Source: an uncultured virus (IMG/VR IMGVR_UViG_3300020151_001403)
Lineage: Duplodnaviria > Heunggongvirae > Uroviricota > Caudoviricetes
Length of the DNA: 64,000 bases
IMG/VR virus record: IMGVR_UViG_3300020151_001403
Direction: 5' to 3' (one strand)
Below, in pieces: positions 60,301-64,000 of the stretch. Position numbers and translations under genes: made by a program. The notes beneath the pieces are model-generated. The model made no database searches. It had not been told where the DNA came from and saw nothing but the letters and a program-made list of their open reading frames with translations. Each line of letters opens with the position of its first letter. Position 1 is the stretch's first letter.

Positions 60301-61115
60301 CGAATGTTACGTTTGACTGTGATTTAGGTACGGTTTCAATATCAGTTACGGGAGGAACACCAAATTATAGTTACAGTATTAATGGTGGTGTCACATATAG
60401 TGCACCAACAGGAAGTACTACATATACTACAACATTTACAGGTGATACTATAAATGTGTGGGTTAAGGATTCAACAAATAATGTACAAAGATGGTATACA
60501 ATTTATTGTAATGTAACGACAACATTTATACCAATTTATTTAGACCAAGGTGCGTCTGGACACATCTTAGAACCTGATAATACACAAAGAACAAGTGAAT
60601 TTAGTGTTAAAAAGGCTAAAAATCAAACTCACTCTTTAACTGGTGTTACCAATGGTAATACCACATTCCACGGATGGTCATATGGTAATAGTAGAAATAG
60701 TCAATTAATTACTGCGCAAAATAACTACACGCACACATTCGAAAGAGATGTTAGGGTTTATGCTTTATTCAAAAATTTGAGTGCGTATACTGAGAACTTC
60801 TGTTTTACATTAACAACTTTAGGTTATGTTTTAACATGTGAAGAAGAAACCACATTCTGTAGTAATTGTAGTGTAACCGAACAAGTTTTCTTTAAACCAG
60901 TCGATTACATAAATGCGAAGGGAGACTATGGTAAGATTGTAAATTGGTACAAAGATGAAGCATTTACCACACCGGCAGATAACGGTTACTATAGACTACC
61001 ATCACCAACTAATAAAAATAACGATAAAGAACTATTTATGTTAAGTAATGGTGTACCAACTTCAAAAGGAATTTGTGGTGGATGTACACCGGGTAACACA
61101 CCACTTAGTTGTTAA
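57345..61115 (+). CDS. Mucin-like Thr/Pro-repeat appendage protein with PKD-like and Cys-bounded beta domains
   Basis: VNWGDG (PKD-like), three TPT-repeat blocks, Cys-rich C-terminal domains. Confidence 0.75.
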   Translation: MRKNKYTIRRNQIPNVRLVSLTGQTWYDSNDNLISWSGNTGNLPTGFTPSNGYVVYNITGGTINGGYYKWGVPTGNTWNAITGTTSYINSQIYPTNQLPLYLEATSDEYGSMVAFDGNLAIESSQTQINANFTYEVDCNTVIVTNTTNLNNVKGLNDITFTVNWGDGTTSPIGVYGVCTGVDCHKATKIYSLNGSKNIKVTLDAPWVNNELSKAVNIDCQVFPTPTPTPTVTPTLSITATNTKTPTATPTITPTNTNTPTVTKTSTPTTTPTKSITPTATPTTTMEATPTMTPSVTPTVLCEFDVNIEVLGIIPGEGCDFIYTGGYSQTPLEYIIDLGNNAGTFNFYYSGFTINDSFDVYYPVDTLLTTTSIVSQSNITTGSTVFYADGTSNYVRVVVNQVDSGDIETLWAFMVTCIVPLSPTPTPTHTATPTITPTKTSTVTPTKTPTKTPTPTRTATPTHTPTPTTTPNYVCGVPINGRYIYNTSGTTEYFVHGITQSGTIAFEYESYDLGDSFELFYENVSLGAPISGTGITYFTLNYNSDDFVKVRVTNFDYETVYRFTVYCVNVPGPSNTPTPTPTKTVTPTVTPTNTITPTVTPTNTITPTKTITPTPTKTNTQTPTVTKTNTPTPSITRSATPTPTNTGTPGVTPTPTKTTTPTITPTKTVTPTVTPTNTVTPTVTPTNTITPTNTPTNTITPTVTPTITPTNTITPTNSVTPTNTQTQTQTVTPTNTITPTNTITPTNTVTPTNTQTQTQTNTPTNTITPTNTITSTVTVTPTNTITPTNTGTPTNTPTNTPTNTGTPTNTPTNTSTQTPTQTENFVPSQTPTNTVTPTNTITPTNTVTPTVTVTPTNTITPTVTPTNTITPTNTITPTTTKTATPTPTPTNPCGPYNLDVSLLSTDCSYSSGDPNALYLNVFTVGSYQVRLVDTLGINTTAWQTDNNFFDGIPNGTYYAQVRSTAANQCTANSNEFELDCFGEFIITNVTFDCDLGTVSISVTGGTPNYSYSINGGVTYSAPTGSTTYTTTFTGDTINVWVKDSTNNVQRWYTIYCNVTTTFIPIYLDQGASGHILEPDNTQRTSEFSVKKAKNQTHSLTGVTNGNTTFHGWSYGNSRNSQLITAQNNYTHTFERDVRVYALFKNLSAYTENFCFTLTTLGYVLTCEEETTFCSNCSVTEQVFFKPVDYINAKGDYGKIVNWYKDEAFTTPADNGYYRLPSPTNKNNDKELFMLSNGVPTSKGICGGCTPGNTPLSC
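59060..60015 (+). repeat. Degenerate 12/18-nt coding repeats (TPTV / TPTNTI)
   Basis: ACACCAAC-rich tandem units; smaller blocks at about 58010-58240 and 58605-58755. Confidence 0.9.
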
Positions 61116-61125
61116 AAAATAATAT

Positions 61126-64000
61126 ATGCCTTTAAGTAACACATATTCGGGTTCATTTAACATAACAGGGTTTACAAAAAATAAACCTGATTACATAGTT
61201 ACGGATAGTAGCTCAACGGGCAAAAAGTTTGCTACGGATACTATTGTTTTTAGTGGCGGTACCACTAATCACTCAAGTGTAAGATTCGATATTACATATA
61301 CGGGAGATGCTGATGTTGCAATGGTTAGTTTTGCGTTAGATAAAGGAAACCAATTATCCTTTAGTCTTAATGAACAAGGGCCATATGTACCATTTTATGT
61401 TGCTCATCCTATATATGGACCAAATCAAATATCACATACCGGACAAGGTATTGAATTAAGTAGTGGTATTAAAAAAAGTGTTTATATTATTTACAATGCG
61501 AACCAAGAAAGTGTTACCGAAAATGTATTAATTTATATGTCGGTTGGATTAACAAACGGTAAAACGCCAACAAATAATCACAACTATACAATAGAATTTA
61601 ATTGCCCAAGTCCGGTTTATACATATAATGTTGGTGTTCATGTTTATTCACCATATGATTCAATTAACACCCCAAAATTAACCACAACATTAGTATCGTT
61701 AAAAGAAATTACCACATGGACCGAAATGGGACCATTAGGTGCAAATATAACAAGAGTATATCATGATAAATTAATGGTATTACCTGCTTATCCTTATTAT
61801 TATGGTTATAATAATAAGGTTTATAAAGTTGGCGTACCATTTAGTAGGTCATTTGGTCTTTTATATCAATACAAACTTAGGATTTCACCACTTATTCGTG
61901 AAGTGTTAGGTAATCCAGACCAAATAACTGAAAATGTAATGGGACCAATGGATTGGACAGGTGTTTTTGGTTTTACCGAACCAGGTCAGTTTCCCGCGTG
62001 TGTGTTTCCCGTAATGGACAGAGGTATTATAAAACAAATAACCGATAAAGTTAAAATACCACAACCACAAAAATATGAATATTATTTAGGATTTGACTAT
62101 ACAAATAAACAAAAATCAAACGATGATTATTTTGTTGAATACTCATTTAAAGAAAAAAAATTCTATCCAATCACAGGTTTAAGACATGCGTTAAATAGAT
62201 TATTAAATGGATACGTTAGAGGTGTTGATATTGAAAATTCTCCAGAAATTATTAAAACTGACTTTTGGGGTGGTTTATTAGATTTTGGTAAAGATGTATT
62301 TGGTGTTGTACCTTTTGTTGCCGGTTGGTTGGGAGATTTTCTTTACAATATTTTTGGATTAAATATCGATTTATCACAACTTTTTAATTGGATTACAGGC
62401 CCATTACAACAAGTAATGACAAAAATTACTGCATATGTTGGACAAACGTTCATAACATCGGCAACAGTATTTATAGAGACATTTTTAATTCCACTTTATT
62501 TATTTTACGTTGGGGTTAAATTTTTAATTTTTATTTATGACTATATAATACCTTCAGATTATACCATAGAAGAACCTTGTCGACAGTTAATAAGATTTAA
62601 AACAACAGGACCTTATATTGAAACGGGACAAACTATTATACAAAATTATTCGTACTTAGATTACACCTTTTATTCAATTAATAATGAGGTTACTTTAGTT
62701 ACCAATAAAACCAGAACAATGAACGGTTATTATTGTGACGGAGCGTATTTTTATCAGCAATCAGGTAATGTTGTTACAACTAAAGAATTATCCTCAACAA
62801 CTGGTCTTATTAAATATGATAAAGATTTTAACCCTATTTTGGGATTTGATAAATCTATAACTCCCGATAGTCCAACATTTATACAAAATGGATTATCATT
62901 ATTGTTTTTACCATACACATCTGGTGTACCTATAAATGACCCATTTGATTTTTCCGGGTTTGATTTTTATTTCAATTTCCCCATATCAGGCTCAACAACT
63001 CCCGATATTGGTGGTGAAATGGAGGAAACTCAATTAAATGTTGATTTATATATACCTCCCGGAACTTCAATAAGTTTTAATAGTCAAGAAGAGGCAGACG
63101 GAATTGCTCAAGGTTTATATGATGGTATGGTATCGGCAATAACAGGTACCACTGATGGTGATTATAACTATTCATCACCAATTAGTGTTAATGACATTGG
63201 TATTGTGACATCATATTTTACACATGAAATAAAAATTGAAAATGAACCCAAAATTTTAGGTTTATTTTATAATAATACCGATAATCAAAACCTTACAATT
63301 GGTAAAAACGTATTTTATGATATAACAGGAAGATATAAAGTTTTAAATGGTTTTTATTCCACAACTGGAGATACCTCATATAGATTATTTTATAAAATTA
63401 ATGATGGCCAATTAACTGACATCTATACAATGCAAACTTCAGGGTCAACCATTGTAAGTGGGGTGACAAGTGGAGACACTTTATCGGTGGTTACAAGTAA
63501 TTTGAATTATACAAGCGACTGGTATTTCTTTGACGCTAATTATAACAATATTTACAATTTAACTAACGATTATAAAAATAAAAAAGTTTTTAATCCAAAT
63601 ACTTTGTATAATGAAGCATTCATGAAAAGAGGATATGTTTCATCAGGTTACACCGATTTAAATATATATGATAGTAACATTGGACCTGTTGGTTCAATAA
63701 CTGAAGGTGAAACTGGTACGTATTTAATTTTATCACCTTGGAATCATGGTGAAACATTCTATTACTACAGAGGTGAGAATGTGACTGTTGATATTGAAGA
63801 GATTTGTACATTACAATCAACAGTAGTTGACCCATTATATGGTTTCTATATTGTTGGTAGAGATGATAATGGATTCCTTTCATCTTTACATAATAATGTT
63901 GAAATGACCATTAAAGTATACGTTGATGCTGTACTTGCTCAAACATATACAGGTATAACAAGTTCATTATCAGAAGCAAAAACATATATTCCATATACTG
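61126..64000 (+). CDS. Partial very large putative virion protein (runs off the window end)
   Basis: ATG at 61126 (MPLSNTYSGSFNITGFT...); same frame still open where checked at 62221-62560 and at the window end. Confidence 0.75.
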   Translation, partial: MPLSNTYSGSFNITGFTKNKPDYIVTDSSSTGKKFATDTIVFSGGTTNHSSVRFDITYTGDADVAMVSFALDKGNQLSFSLNEQGPYVPFYVAHPIYGPNQISHTGQGIELSSGIKKSVYIIYNANQESVTENVLIYMSVGLTNGKTPTNNHNYTIEFNCPSPVYTYNVGVHVYSPYDSINTPKLTTTLVSLKEITTWTEMGPLGANITRVYHDKLMVLPAYPYYYGYNNKVYKVGVPFSRSFGLLYQYKLRISPLIREVLGNPDQITENVMGPMDWTGVFGFTEPGQFPACVFPVMDRGIIKQITDKVKIPQPQKYEYYLGFDYTNKQKSNDDYFVEYSFKEKKFYPITGLRHALNRLLNGYVRGVDIENSPEIIKTDFWGGLLDFGKDVFGVVPFVAGWLGDFLYNIFGLNIDLSQLFNWITGPLQQVMTKITAYVGQTFITSATVFIETFLIPLYLFYVGVKFLIFIYDYIIPSDYTIEEPCRQLIRFKTTGPYIETGQTIIQNYSYLDYTFYSINNEVTLVTNKTRTMNGYYCDGAYFYQQSGNVVTTKELSSTTGLIKYDKDFNPILGFDKSITPDSPTFIQNGLSLLFLPYTSGVPINDPFDFSGFDFYFNFPISGSTTPDIGGEMEETQLNVDLYIPPGTSISFNSQEEADGIAQGLYDGMVSAITGTTDGDYNYSSPISVNDIGIVTSYFTHEIKIENEPKILGLFYNNTDNQNLTIGKNVFYDITGRYKVLNGFYSTTGDTSYRLFYKINDGQLTDIYTMQTSGSTIVSGVTSGDTLSVVTSNLNYTSDWYFFDANYNNIYNLTNDYKNKKVFNPNTLYNEAFMKRGYVSSGYTDLNIYDSNIGPVGSITEGETGTYLILSPWNHGETFYYYRGENVTVDIEEICTLQSTVVDPLYGFYIVGRDDNGFLSSLHNNVEMTIKVYVDAVLAQTYTGITSSLSEAKTYIPYT

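Noticed and set aside
1..64000. Stop-codon reassignment (alternative genetic code)
   Set aside because: The standard code yields long intact genes and high coding density; TAG and TGA both terminate genes at sensible positions

Overview
This window is a dense, AT-rich 64 kb segment of a large T4-like contractile-tailed (myovirus, probably jumbo) phage. The host is probably in the Bacteroidota, because TTTG/TAnnTTTG promoters are present and Shine-Dalgarno sites are not evident. Morphogenesis genes (neck, tail terminator, sheath, tube, tail chaperone, tape measure, baseplate, very large Thr/Gly-rich appendage proteins) are interleaved with replication and nucleotide genes (PolB, SNF2 helicase, gp32-like SSB, UvsX/RecA, 5'-3' exonuclease, DnaB-like helicase, NrdB/NrdA, dUTPase, PhoH), a gp55-like late sigma factor and three glycosyltransferases. 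The most interesting candidate system is phage-encoded virion glycosylation: a recurring [S/T]-G-x-T motif is concentrated in virion proteins, alongside a mucin-like Thr-Pro protein and the three glycosyltransferases. Other leads are a UUU_CGA +1 frameshift in the tail chaperone, an uncalled ribbon-helix-helix gene with 10-bp-phased operator boxes beside the sheath promoter, a TATTTAT late-promoter motif implying near-leaderless mRNAs, and strong apparent GATC avoidance. I saw no tRNA, rRNA, CRISPR array, intron or intein. All product calls come from motif recognition by eye; no database search was run.
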